The notes under the pieces are model-generated. The model searched no databases, was not told where the DNA came from, and was given only the letters and a program-made list of their open reading frames with translations. DNA of 63,423 nt, counting the filler, from Chiloscyllium plagiosum (Eukaryota), in NCBI RefSeq assembly GCF_004010195.1. It is 6 parts of one record of this genome, joined end to end, with 100 filler letters (N's around TTAATTAATTAA, not from the genome) between each part and the next. Parts side by side here need not be neighbours in the genome. Positions count along the whole stretch, not along the records: positions 1 to 12,337 come from NC_057712.1; 5 more parts are not named here. One strand, written 5' to 3'. The number at the start of each line of letters is the position of its first letter. Position 1 is the stretch's first letter. Made by a program: the position numbers and the translations under genes. Positions 1 through 12,437 of the stretch are shown piece by piece.

Positions 1-351
1 GGACACTCTGGCAGCAGGAAACATGTTTCCGCTGATGGGTGAGTGCTGAACCAGAGGACACAGCTTAAAAATACTGGGTAGACCATTTAGGACAGAGCTC
101 AGGAGAAACTTCTTCACTCAGAGAGTGGTGGCTGTGTGGAATGCTCTGCCCCAGAGTGCAGTGGAGGCCCACTCTCTGGATTCATTTAAGAAGGAGTTGG
201 ATAGAGCTCTCAAAGATAGTGGAATCAAGGGTTATGGAGATAAGGCAGGAACAGGATACTGATTAGGAATGATCAGCCATGATTATATTGAATGGCGGTG
301 CAGGCTCGAAGGGCAGAATGGCCTACTCCTGCACCTATTGTCTATTGTCTA
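1..351 (+). mobile_element. CR1 LINE 3' end (ORF2 C-terminus plus 3' UTR)
   Basis: Encodes the CR1 C-terminal motif ...RNFFTQRVVAVWNALP... and ends in (CTATTGT)n; same subfamily as the minus-strand copy starting at 11544. Confidence 0.85.
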
Positions 352-2500
352 TTACCTCAGGTAGGGGATACATCAACCATGCATTCAGTAAGACTAGTTA
401 CCCCAGCCAGGGGAATTATCAACCCTGCATCCAATCTGTCTAGTTACCCCAGCTATGGTAATATCAACACTGCATACAGTCTGTCTCATTACCCCAGCTA
501 GGGGAACATCAACCCTGCATCCAGTCTGTCTAGTTACCTCAGCTAGGGTAATATCAACCCTCCATCCAGTCTGACTAGTTACCCCAGCTATGGTAATATC
601 AACACTGCATCCAGTCTGTCTCGTTACCCCAGCTAGGGGAACATCAACCCTGCATCCAATCTGTCTCGTAACCTCAGCTAGGGGAAACATCAGTCCTGCT
701 TCCAGTATGACTAGTTACTCCAGCCAGGGGAAACATCAACCCTGCTTCCAGTATGACTAGTTACCCCAGCTAGGGGAAACAACAATCCTGCACCAAGTAT
801 GGCTAGTTACTCCAGCTTGGGGAAACATCAACCCTGCATCCCGTATGACTAGTTACTCCAGCCAGGGGAAACATCATCCCTGCATCCAGTCTGTCTAATT
901 ACCACAGCTTGGGGAAACATCAACCATGCATCTAGTATTACTAATTACCCCAGTTAGAGGAATCATCATCCCTGCATCCACTCTCCCTAATTACCCCAGC
1001 TAAGGTAATAACAGCCCTGCATCTTGTCTGTCTAGTTACCCCAGGTAGGGGATACATCAACCACGCATCCAATCTGTCTAATTACCCCAGCTAGGGTAAT
1101 ATCAACCCTCCATCCAGTCTGAATCGTTACCCCAGCTATGGTAATATCAACACTGCATCCAGTCTGTCTAGGTACCCCAGCTAGGGGAACATCAACCCTG
1201 CATCCAGTCCGTCTAGTTACCCCAGCCAGGGGAATCATCAACCCTGCATCCAGTCCGTCTAGTTACCCCAGCTTGGGGAACATCAACTGTGCATCCAGTA
1301 TGACTAGTTACCCCATCTAGGGGAAACATCAACTCTGCATCGAGTCTGTCTAGTTACCCCAGTTGGGGAACATCAATCCTGCATCCAGTCTCTCTAGTTA
1401 CCCCAGCTAGGGGAAACATCAGCCCTGCTTCCAGGATAACAAGTTACCCCAACTAGGGGAAACATCAACCCTGCTTCCAGCATGACTAGTTACCCCAGCC
1501 AGGGGAAACATCAACTCTGCTTCCAGTTTGACTAGTTACCACAGTTAAGTGAAACGTCAACCCTGCATCCAGTATGACTATTTACCGCAGCTACGGGAAA
1601 TATCAGCCCTGCTTCCAGTATGGATAGTTACCCCAGCCAGGGTAAACATCAACCCTGCATCCAGTATGACTGGTTACCCCAGCTTGGGGAAACTTCAACC
1701 ATGCATCTAGTATTACTAATTACCCCAGTTAGGGGAATTATCATCACTACATCCTCTCTCCCTAGTTACCCCATCTAAGGTAATAACAACCCTGCATCCA
1801 GTCTGTCTAGTTACCCCAGGTAGGGGAAACATCAACCCTGCATTCAGACTGTCTAGTTACCCCAGCTAAGGGAAACATCAGCCCAGCTTCCAGCATGACT
1901 AGTTACCCCAGCCAGGGGAAACATTAACCCTACTTCCAGTATGACTAGTTACCCCAGCTAGGGGAAATGACAATCCTGCACCAAGAATAGCTAGTTACCC
2001 CAGCTTGGGGAAACATCAACCCTGCATCCAGTATGACCAGTTACCCCACCTAGGGGAAACATCAACCCTGCATCCAGTATGACTAGTTACCCCAACTAGG
2101 GGAAACATCAACCCTGCATCCAGTATGACCAGTTACCCCACCTAGGGGAAACATTAACCCTGCATCCAGTATGACTAGTTACCACAGCTAGGGGAAACAT
2201 AAACCCTGCATCCAGTATGACTAGTTAGCCCAGCTAGGGGGAACATCAATCCTGCATCCAGTCTGTCTAGTTAACCCAGCTAGGGGGAACATCAACTGTG
2301 CATCCAGTCTATCTAGTCACCCCAGCTAGGGGAAACATCAACCCTACATCCAGTGAGACTAGTTACCCCAGGTAGCGGAAACATCAACCCTGCATCCAGT
2401 GTGACTAGTTACCCCAGCCATGGGAAACATCAACCCTACATCCAGTCTGTCGAGTTACCCCAGGTAGCGGAAACATCAATCCTGCATCCAGTCTGCCTTA
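352..2500. repeat. ~45-46 bp minisatellite, roughly 47 units, consensus CTAGTTACCCCAGCTAGGGGAAACATCAACCCTGCATCCAGT(A/C)TG(A/T)
   Basis: Tandem periodicity visible directly; it explains the repetitive spurious ORFs between 292 and 2574. Confidence 0.95.
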
Positions 2501-3268
2501 TTGTTCTGACCAGAGCCCAGGCGAAGTTGCCCAAGTTATTTTGGAGTCCTGGTAAAAAACCTCAGAGTCAGTAAACTCTCATGTGAAGAGGGATGAACGT
2601 GCTCCCCTACCTGTCGCCTCCGTTGGCTGTGACATGGCTCATTTATAAGGATCCCCTCCCTGTTGGATGCCTTTCTCCCAGATAAAAAAATGTTTAAAAG
2701 GAGCCTATTTTAACAGCTTTTTTGAGTTGACAAAAGGAAGATGTTTATTAGTTATCCACATGTTGCAGAAATAATGACCCAACCAAAACATACACAGATT
2801 AGAAATGAAACAGAAGACAATAATTGAATGGATCAATATTATAGGGATCAGTCTCTCTGGGTCATTAGCAGAGACTAGTGATATGTTGATTTCGAGTTCG
2901 GGATTCTTGTCTTTTGCAAACTAATTGAAATCTGTGTGTCCTGTTTCTTTTTGATGGAAGTTTGGTGGTAGCACTCAGAATGGAAGGGTCCTTCTTCTAG
3001 TTCCTTCTGAAGAGCTCATTGGCTGGTTAACGTCAAACACTCAGAGCAAGGGAGTTCATTTACACCCGGGTTCAAACCAGTCCAGAACGCATGAACCTCA
3101 GTTCACCAGCATACCTCCCTCCACTAGCACATCCCCTTTACCACTAGCATACACAAACCAGGTTGTAGTCAGTTTTTAACACAAATTTGTGTATGCCCAG
3201 AAAAGCTGAACATAAAATGACTGCAAGATGTGCCTTTTATTTCTTCTTGGCATATCTCTGTCTCTGTC

Positions 3269-3440
3269 TAAGGCAGACTGGATGCAGGGTTGAGGTTTCC
3301 CCTAGCTGGGTTAACTAGTCAGACTGGATGCAGGGTTGATGTTTCCGCTACCTGAGGTAACTCGACAGACTGGATGTAGCGTTGATGTTTCCCCTAGCTG
3401 GGGTAACTAGTCACACTGGATGTAGGGTTGAGGTTTCCCT
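3269..3440 (-). repeat. Inverted copy (~4 units) of the 46-bp minisatellite
   Basis: Reverse complement shares the variants GTAGCGGAAAC and TGTCGAGTTAC and the terminal GTCTGCCTTA with the end of the main array. Confidence 0.9.
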
Positions 3441-3624
3441 GACACTCTTCAGGTGTAACATTGTATGAGTTCTTTAAAGAATGTTGCCAGACAGTGACTG
3501 AATTTATATCTGAAGTGTTTATTTTGGTATGACAATCTTTCTTCAAAATAAAAAGGCACATTTTGGAATATAAGTTTTAAAAATGTCCTCAGTACTTCAG
3601 GGTTCTGAGCTGTTCATGACACAA

Positions 3625-5260
3625 GCTCTGTCAGAAATTTATATGCTTTCAGGAGATATCCTCTAATTTTTCCATTCAGATAATGCCTGTCCATAGTCTG
3701 AGTTTCCGACTTCAGGTTCAAAACTCACCAGCCAGAGAAAACATTTGACCTGCACCTACATGTCCTACTATGTAAGCATATTTCAAGTTGTAATGAGATC
3801 ATCTCTCATTCTTCGGATTTCTGAAGAATGCAGACTCAATTTGTTCAGTCTGTCTTCATAAGACAATCCTACCATCCCAAGGAGTAATCTGCTGAATGTC
3901 TCTCTCTCTGGTAAATGTTTCCTGCCTTGGACTTAGAGTTCCAAACTTCACATAATACACCAACAAGTGCATTGGAACACAGGAAGTTAAAAAAAATCTC
4001 ATACAGCTATGGTTAGGCCACACTTGAATTGAATTCAGTTCAATTCAATTCCAGTGTGACCTAACCATAGCTATGAACAATTGCAGTGAGATTTTTAAAA
4101 TTCCTGTGCTCAAATGCACTTGTTATGAAAATCACCATACCGTTTGCCTTCCTATACCTTTGTTTTTTTAGATTAGATTAGATTATTTACAGTGTGGAAA
4201 CAGGCCCTTCGGCACAACAAGTCCACACCGACCTGCCAAATTGCAACCCGCTCAGACCCATTCCCTCCAGCTAACACTACGGGCAATTTAGCTGGCCAAT
4301 TCACCTAACCTGCACATCTTTGGACTGTGGGAGGAAACCGGAGCACCCGGAGGAAACCCACGCAGACACGGGGAGAATGTGCAAACTTCACACAGTCAGT
4401 CACCTGAGGCGGGAATTGAACCCGGGTCTCTGGCTCTGTGAGGCAGCAGTGCTAAGCACTGTGCCACCGTGATGCCCATTGTGACGCATGAACTAGGACA
4501 TTTAGGTGAATTTGAACCTCAACAATTCCAAACATTTTACTTTTTTTTTCTCTCTCTGTTTTAAAGTACCAAAGTGAAGAACTCCATAGTTATTTACAGT
4601 ATATGCCACGTGCCATATTCTTGCCTGTTAATCAAGCCTGTCCAAGTCTGCTTGCTTTCTCTGTGTGAGTTCCAATCCAGCTGGTTTTGCGTCATTAGCA
4701 AATTTGAAAATATTACATTTGGTGTCCATATCCAAGTCTTTGATAGAGATTGTGCTCAACTTGAATCAAGCACTAATCCCAATAATGACTGCCTGCCCAT
4801 CTCCGAATGACCCACTTACCCCGACTTTCTGTTTGCTCCCTGTTAACCAATTTTCAATCCATACCATTATAAAACCCCCAAACAAATGTTTGTCTAGTTT
4901 TGTTTAATAACCTCCAGATTGGGACCTTATCAAAATTCTGAAAATTCAACAACACCACATTCACTGCTTCTCCTCTACCTATGCTCCAAGTAATATCCTT
5001 AAAAATCTCCAACGGGTTTGTCAATCATGATATCCCCTCCATAGATCCATTGTGACTCTGTCTTATTAATTTTTCAGTGCCCATTTATCACATTCTTTAT
5101 AATATTTTGTAACATTTTGCCCACCACGGACCACAAACTAACATGTCTGTAGTTTCCTTTTTCTCTCTGACTCTGTTCTTAAGCAGTCGGGCTTCATTTC
5201 TTACTTTGCAAACAGCAGGAGCTTATCCAGAATCCACAGAGATGTGAATGATAACTGCCA
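3625..5260 (-). mobile_element. Degenerate CR1 LINE fragments, interrupted by a V-SINE
   Basis: Antisense RT-region motifs, e.g. GCGTCATTAGCAAATTT (KFAND) and GGGACCTTATCAAA (FDKVP). Confidence 0.6.
4168..4477 (-). mobile_element. tRNA-derived V-SINE (HE1-like)
   Basis: On -: GGGCATCACGGTGGCACAGTGC head, GGGTTCAATTCC B box, V-domain CCCCGTGTCTGCGTGGGTTTCCTCCGGGTGCTCCGG, (AATCT)n tail. Confidence 0.85.
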
Positions 5261-5711
5261 ATGTATCCATTGAGATGCATCTTGTATTTTGTGCTTAAAC
5301 TTGAATTGCATTGGTTTTGTGGAGGATTTTTCACCCAGAGGCTTGACCGTTCTTGCCAAACTCGCTGCATTAATTACCTATCACACAACTATTCGACCTC
5401 TCGCCTCTGATTTCTGACGCATCTTACCAAGTGACATTCCCAGAACAGCTCACTGCCCAGCCGATCCTGAAATTCCCAGGCATTCCATGTGTCTGTGTCA
5501 TTTTAAAGTCTGTTATGAACCCGGACAAGCACTCAATCCAGAGGAGGCCTGCTCAGTTGCTGATATTTGACTTGGACAGGGTACCGGGAAAATTGGAGCC
5601 CTGCTTTGTGGGCAGCATCCTGCTGTGAGGTGGTTCCAATATGGAACTTCCTCTTCCCCGGAACCAATCTTAGAGATCACTGCATCAAACCATACCAGCC
5701 TGGCCTGAGTT

Positions 5712-7190
5712 GAGAGTGTGGTGCTGAAAAAGCACAGCAGGTCAGGCAGCATCCGAGGAGCAGGAGAGCCGATGTTTCAGACATAAGCCCTTCATCAGAA
5801 ATGAGGCTTGTAGGCCAGGGACAGAGACATTAATGGGAGGGTGGGGTGGGGTTGGGGGGAAGGTAGCTGGGAAAATGATAGGTGGATGAAGGTGAGGGAG
5901 AAAAGATAGGTCGGGGGCGGGGGATGGAAGAGATAGATGGAAAAGGTGATGGACAGGTCAAGAGGCCCAGTGGCGAGTTGGAGGCTTGGGACTGGGATAA
6001 TGTGGGGGAGGGGAAATGAGGAAGCTGTTGAAATCCCCATTTATCTCATGTGGTTGCAGGGTCCCAAGGCGGAATATAAGGTGTTCTTCCTCCAGGTTTC
6101 GGGTGGAGGAGGCCTAGGACCTGCATGTCCTTAACGGAGTGGGACGCGGAGTTGAAGTGTTCAGCCACAGGGCGGTGGGGTTGGTGGGTGCGGGTGTCCC
6201 AGAGATGTTCTCTGAAACAATCCACAAGAAGGCATCCTGTCTCCCCGATGTAGAGGTGACCACACTGGGTGCAACAGATGCAGTAGATGCCATTGGTAGA
6301 GGAACAGGTACATTTCTGACAGATGTGGAAGGATCGCTTGGGGCCTTGAACGGAGGTGAGAGGAGTGTTGTGGGCCCAGGTTTTGCACTTCCTGCAGCGG
6401 CAGGATGAGGTGCCAGGCATGGGGTGTGGGCTGGTGGGGGGGCGTGCACCTGACGAGGAAGTCACAGAGGGGATGGTCTCTCCATAATGCTGATAGGGGT
6501 GGGGAGGTTTGCAGGTGGTGGAAGTGGCAGAGGATGATGCAATGTATGCGGAAGTTGATGGGGTGGAAGGTGAGCACCAGGGGGTTTGGTCCTTGTTGCA
6601 TTGGGAGGAGTGGGGTTCAAGGGCGGTGGTGGGTAAAGTTCAGGAAATGCGCTGGAGGGCATCGTCAACCACGTGGAAGGGAAGCTGCGATCGTGGAAGA
6701 AGGAGGCCATCTGGGACTTTCTGAGATGGAATTGGTTATCCTGGGAACAGATGCAGTGGAGGCGGAGGAGTTGGGAATAAGGGATGGCATTTTTACAGGA
6801 GGTAGGGTGGGAGGAGGTGTAGTCTAGGTAGCTCTGGGAGTTGGTGGGCTTGTACTAGATGTCAGTGATTAGTCGGTTGCCGGTGATGGTGATGGAGAGG
6901 TCCATCAAGGGGAGGAAGATGTCCAAGATGGTCCAGATGAATTTGAGGTCGGGGTGGAAGGTGTTGGTGAAGTTGATGAACTGTTCAACCTCCTCATGGG
7001 AGCACGAGACGGCGCCAATACAGTCATCGATGTAACGGAGGAACAGGTTGGGTGTGGGGGGTGTGGGGGATGACGGGGTGGGGGGTGATGGGGGTTGGTG
7101 CCAGTGTAGCTGTGGAAGATGGACTGTTCCACATATCTGACAAAGAGGCGGGCATAGCTGGGGCCTATGCGGGTGCCCTTGGCTATCCAT
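5712..7190 (-). mobile_element. Penelope-like retroelement, 5'-truncated and decayed (RT, GIY-YIG endonuclease, pLTR)
   Basis: LFLRYIDDCIGA RT motif (ORF 6855-7322); CICCTQCGHLYIGETG...FREH GIY-YIG motif (ORF 6046-6465); terminal repeat at 5712-5800. Confidence 0.88.
5766..5800 (-). ncRNA. Minimal hammerhead ribozyme motif in a PLE pLTR
   Basis: On -: CTGATGA-A-GGGC-TTAT-GTCT-GAAAC; both core boxes intact and stem II pairs with G-U wobbles. Confidence 0.6.
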
Positions 7191-8489
7191 TTGATTTGAA
7201 TTTTCTCTCAGCCAGGCTTGAGGCTGTTGCTGGATTAAAACAGTCACAGCAGGCTGGAGGAATGCCAAGAACTGTAGGAAAAATTTCAAATTCCTTCTCC
7301 TCTCTTCCAGAGTAAATACCACCCTCTTATCCTTGATACCTCACACTCACTCTATCTCTGTTTCTAACCCTTAATCCCACCAAAGGCTCATGTTCTACAT
7401 CTGGAACATCTACCCTCATCTGCTGTCACCCATACCAAACCCCCTGACACCACTCACCCAGTAAGCCCTCTGCATTGCCCTCTCACTCGCTCACTCCCTA
7501 CTTGCACCAACATTATGGGCGTGCCATCCACATTCATCTCCCATAAGACCTGTCTGTCTTTCATTCTAGCCCACAGTAGCACAAAAGAATCAAGACCGAT
7601 GGCAGGCTGCCTGACATTTGCTTCTAATCCCTTTTGAGAAGAGGACCCTCACTCTGACCACTCCAAACAAGTTCCTGGACTGGTACATGAGGCTATCCTT
7701 AACTTACTGTGCTGGGAACCCCTGAGCGAAGGCTATTCTCCTTGGCTTGACTGAGACCTATTGAAACTATGACAGACCTGCTGACTTTGTACCTACTCTA
7801 AAGGGCATGGCAAAATGGCAGCAATATGAACCTGGTGTCTCTGGTTAAAGCATGAAAGTGAAAAAAGGCAAGGCAAGGCAATACAGGCAGAGACGCTGTG
7901 AGCATGGGTGAAAGAGTTAAATTAGAGAAGGGAAAGCAGATCACAGACTGCATTGGCCACTGATATATTCGATCAGTGTTTCGCAGATTCAACAACTACT
8001 ATGGGTATGTAGGGAACATCAGCCACATGGTTAATATCAGTTCATAATGCCTAAATTAGCCATGGAAAAATGCTGCCATTGCCTTGGATTACTTAACTGA
8101 GGAACAGGGCTGCATTTACTCTGATTTCTAGGACCATGCTAATGTCCATCAGGCTCTTTGCAATTGGTCTGTAATGTCAGGGAGAAGTTTCTCAGACCTG
8201 CGAAGATGGCCTAGGAGGTGAGGCGACTGGAGGAATTGTATGAAAAGTATCAGTCACCCAGCCACCTTCTTGTGTTTGCCTCTGAGGCAGGCATGCATTG
8301 ACAATAAGTGACACTGCAGTCCAATCAAGCTGATTAAGGCAGCACTGAAGCATGATTATTGCAGCAGTATAGCCATTCCACTCACTTTGCAAGACTCCTA
8401 TCACACATTCTGTGTCCAACCACCAGCAAGATGGGAGACGGCAGCTCCACAGCAGGGGATTGGATGCTCTGCTTCAGCTGGAGGAGACC

Positions 8490-9110
8490 TAAAATGCTAA
8501 CTGCAGAAAATGATGCAGGCTTGTAAGGAGGGGGATGAATTGCTGTAATTTTAGACGGTGCGCACAGCTTTTGCCACTCTGGTGGCCAGAGTGCATGTTT
8601 AAGGTGGTGCATGGGGTATTAATCCAGTGGGCTGCTCTGTCCTGGATGGTTTTGAGCTTCTTGAATGTTCTTGGAGCTGCACTCTTCCAGGCCAGAGGGG
8701 ATTCTTCCATCATACTCCTGACTTATGGCTTGTGGATACAAACAGGCTTTGGGGAGTCAGGAGATGAGTGACTTGCTCCAGAATTCCCGCACCTGACCAG
8801 CTTTTATACCAAAGTGTTTAAATGGCTTGTCCACTTCACTTCCTGGTCAATAGTAACCAGTGTTGATAATGGGGAATTCAGCTAATACTGTTTAATGTTA
8901 TGGAGGCATGGTTGTTTTATGTCTTGTTGAAGACATTTATTACGTGACATCTGTGTGGCATGAGTCATACTGCCACCTACTGATCAAACTGTGACTGTTG
9001 TTCAGGTCTTTGTTTGAGACATGCAATGTTTCAGTATCTGAGCTGTTGTGAATAGCATGCTACACTGAATTCATCAATGAAAATGATCACTTCTGGCACC
9101 CTGCTGGAAA
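8490..9110 (-). mobile_element. CR1/L2-clade LINE fragment
   Basis: SPLAWKSAAPRTFKKLKTIQDRAAHWI resembles a LINE ORF2 post-RT region. Confidence 0.55.
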
Positions 9111-9119
9111 AAAGGTCAT

Positions 9120-10250
9120 AGAGTCATAACTTCATGGAGCCATGGAGGTATACAGCAGAGAAAAAAGGACCTTTGATCCACCAGGTCTGCACCAGTCAAA
9201 AATAAAACACCCAACTCTTCTCATCCCATTTTCCAGCACTTGGTCCATAGCCTTGTATGCTTTAATATTGCTAGTGCACATCAAAATATTTCTTAAATGT
9301 TATGAGAGCTTCTACCGCCAGCACTCTGACGGTAATGAGTTCCAGATTCCCACCACTATCTGAGTGAAAATATTCTTGCTCAAACCATTCAACACCTCTT
9401 GGCCCTTATCTTAAATCTCTGCCGCCAGTCATTGGTCTCTCCAGCAAGGGAAAAAGTTCCTTCTTTCCTATCCTATCCAAGCTCCCTTAAAATTAGCCCC
9501 CATTCAATCTCTTTTTTTCCGGGGAAAACAACCACAGTCTATCCAATCTCTCTGCATAATTGAAACACTCTAGCCCAAAGCACCACCCCGATAAATACCC
9601 TCTGCACTCTCTCTAGTTCAATCACATCCCTTCTACAATGTGAATTTCAGAACTGCACACATAGTCTAGATGTGGCCTAATGAGTATTATTGCAGTTCAG
9701 TATCACCTCCCTGCTCTTAAACTCTATGCCTCAGCTAATAAAGAGAAGTATCCCATATGTCTTCTTAACTAGTCTATTTACTTGTTCCACTAACTTAAGC
9801 AACCAAGGTCCCTCTGATCCTTTGTGCTTCCCAGGCTCCTACTGTTCAGCATGCATTCCCTTGCCTTGTTTATCTTGCTCATGTGTATCACTTCACATTT
9901 ATCCAGATTGAAATCCAATTCGCATTGAGCAGCCCATCTGTAATCTAATGCTATCCTCACTATTTAACCCACTAATTTTCATATCATCCACAAACATACT
10001 GATCAACCCTCCCAAATTCAAGTCTAAGTCATTTATGCAGACCAATACGAGCAAGGACTCAACACTGATCCCTGCGAAAGTGCACTGGACACAGACTTAC
10101 AGTCACAACAACAACCTCCAACTTTCATCCTCTGTTTTCTGTCCCTCAGCCAATTCTGGAGCTAATTAATTTGCAGGACCTTATCAAAATCCTTGCAGAA
10201 GAAAGCATTGCCCTCATCTACATACATAATTTGGTTGGTCAGACATGAGC
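9120..10250 (-). mobile_element. Degenerate CR1 LINE (RT to 3' end)
   Basis: Antisense CR1 3' tail (TCATAGAG repeats near 9120) and FDKVL-type motif near 10180. Confidence 0.6.
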
Positions 10251-10307
10251 ACGTGATGAGTGATGAAGCAGATGAATATGTTGAGTCTAGGACCTTCATC
10301 CCCATTT

Positions 10308-10513
10308 ATATACACACCCCCCCCCCCACACACACACACACACACACCCCCCACACACGCACCCACACACACCCAGCCCCCCACACACACCCACACACCC
10401 ACAGACACCCACAGACACACACACCCATCCCCACAGACACACATACGTGCAGAAACACACACACTGACACACATACACGCACAAACACACACACACATGC
10501 ACAAACACACACA
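10308..10513. repeat. Imperfect (CA)n microsatellite
   Basis: Direct inspection; it produces the HT/CV-rich spurious ORFs. Confidence 0.95.
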
Positions 10514-10999
10514 TTTCTCCCTCAAAGGTATAACTCACTTTCTTTTTGATTCATGTTGACATGGTGGAGCTTCTCCTCAGTTTGAGAATGAAATTGCATC
10601 TCCAAAAGGACTGAATAGCAGTCACTCTGACTAATACAGTCATGTAGGTCATTCTCCCTTGTTGGTTCTCTCACCACCTCTTGCAGACCAACACTGATAT
10701 ACCCTTGCAGACTCAGCCAGTTTGGTTAGTATTGGTGCCACTTTGTCACTCATCTTGATTGACATTGAAGTCTCCTGCTCACAGTAGGTTCTGTGCCCAG
10801 ATCTTTGGCCTAATGAACTCTCAGTACCTCCCCTGATGCTAAAGGTGCATTCAGTGATTCGCTGCTCTGATAGTGCTTGGAGCTGAGTGGTGTGACCACT
10901 AGCCTCATTGTGGTGGACAATGATGTCCTGAGCTCCTGGTCTCATCTGCTAACCCTAATTGTGCAGTAAACAAAGTGACAGCCTACTAATTGGACACCT

Positions 11000-11380
11000 T
11001 CTGTAATAGTGACATCAAGGAGCCTTGGCCAAACTAGAGTGAATCAGGAAGAAAACTCTCCACAGGTTAGAGTCAGACCTGGCACGTAAGAAGATAGTCA
11101 TGGTTGTTGGAGATCAGTCATCTCAACTACATGGGAACACTACCACCTGCAAGCTCCTCCCAATGCAACCACTTTATTGACTTGGAAATATATCACTGTT
11201 CCTTCACTGTTGCTGGGTCAAAATCCAAGCATTCCCTCCCTAATGGCAGTGTGTGACTATCTACATAACATAGACTGCAGTTCAGAAGGTAGCTCAACAC
11301 TACCTTCTCAAGGGCAACCAGGAATGGGCAATGATTGCTGGCCCAGCCAGTGACACCCACATGCCACAAGGAAATAAAAC
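11000..11380 (+). mobile_element. LINE 3' fragment with ...GCCAGTGACACCCACAT...AATAAA tail
   Basis: Same tail as 22290-22775, 25535-25790 and the tRNA-SINEs at 16755, 24210, 24612 and 43965. Confidence 0.6.
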
Positions 11381-11543
11381 ATAGCAAAGTTCAGCTGGCA
11401 AGTGTGCTGCTGCTTCGAGCTAGTTCACAATATAGAATGACGCCAGCATTGTTTACCTGCCTCTCGCACGAAACCCTAACCTATTGTCTGTACTGCAATT
11501 TGCACTCTGACACAGTGAAAGATCATAAACCAACCCCAATACA

Positions 11544-12337
11544 ATAGACAATAGACAATAGGTGCAGGAGTAGGCCATTCAGCCCTTTGAGCCTGCACCA
11601 CCATTCAATATGATCATGGCTGATCATCCTTAATCAGTATCCTGTTCCTGCCTTATCTCCATAACCCTTGATTCCACTATCCTTGAGAGCTCTATCCAAC
11701 TCTTTCTTAAATGAATTCAGAGACTGGGCCTCCACTGCCCTCTGGGGCAGAGCATTCCACACAGCCACCACTCTCTGGGTGAAGAAGTTTCTCCTCATCT
11801 CTGTCCTAAATGGTCTACACCGTATTTTTAAGCTGTGTCCTCTGGTTCGGCACTCATCCATCAGCGGAAACATGTTGCCTGCCGCCAGAGTGTCCAATCC
11901 TTTGATCATCTTATATGTCTCAACCAGATCCCCTCTCAGTCTTCTAAACTCAAGGGTACACAAGCCCAGTCGCTCCAGTCTTTCAGTGTAAGGTAATCCC
12001 GCCATTCCAGGAATTGACCTCGTCCAGGTGTGGTCTCACCAGGGCCCTGTACAGCTGCAGAAGAACCTCTTTGCTTCTATACTCAATCCCTCTTGTTATG
12101 AAGGCCAGCATGCTATTAGCCTTCTTCACTACCTGCTGTACCTGCATGCTTACCTTCATTGAGTGGTGTACAAGAACCCCCAGATCTCTCTGTACTGCCC
12201 CTTTACCTAAATTGATTCCACTTAGGTGGTAATCTGCCTTCCTGTTCTTGCCACCAAAGTGGATAACCATACATTTATCCACATTAAACAGCATCTGCCA
12301 TGCATCTGACCACTCACCTAACATGTCCAGGTCACCC
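11544..12337 (-). mobile_element. Young CR1 LINE 3' part with an internal deletion
   Basis: ORFs 11634-12005 (RRLRGDLVETYKMIKG...RVVAVWNALP) and 11983-12324 (WQMLFNVDKC...LYRALVRPHL); (ACAATAG)n tail on +. Confidence 0.9.
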
Positions 12338-12437
12338 NNNNNNNNNNNNNNNNNNNNNNNNNNNNNNNNNNNNNNNNNNNNTTAATTAATTAANNNNNNN
12401 NNNNNNNNNNNNNNNNNNNNNNNNNNNNNNNNNNNNN
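12338..12437. other. Assembly spacer (44N-TTAATTAATTAA-44N)
   Basis: Exactly 100 bp with a six-frame stop linker; identical to four other gaps. Confidence 0.98.

Noticed and set aside
352..2500. Regular ~46-bp array with an internal palindrome, superficially CRISPR-like
   Set aside because: No unique spacers, no cas genes, eukaryotic context; it is a head-to-tail minisatellite.
2502..3621. TG...CA bounded solo-LTR candidate
   Set aside because: No TSD and no second copy in the window; not supportable as a feature.
4380..4477. tRNA-like A/B boxes (also near 40540 and 44820)
   Set aside because: They are SINE heads continuing into the V-domain and tail, not tRNA genes.
10193..10559. His/Thr-rich and Cys/Val-rich ORFs
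   Set aside because: Translations of a (CA)n microsatellite.
12382..12393. TTAATTAATTAA as a biological motif
   Set aside because: Artificial linker centred in N-runs, identical in all five gaps.
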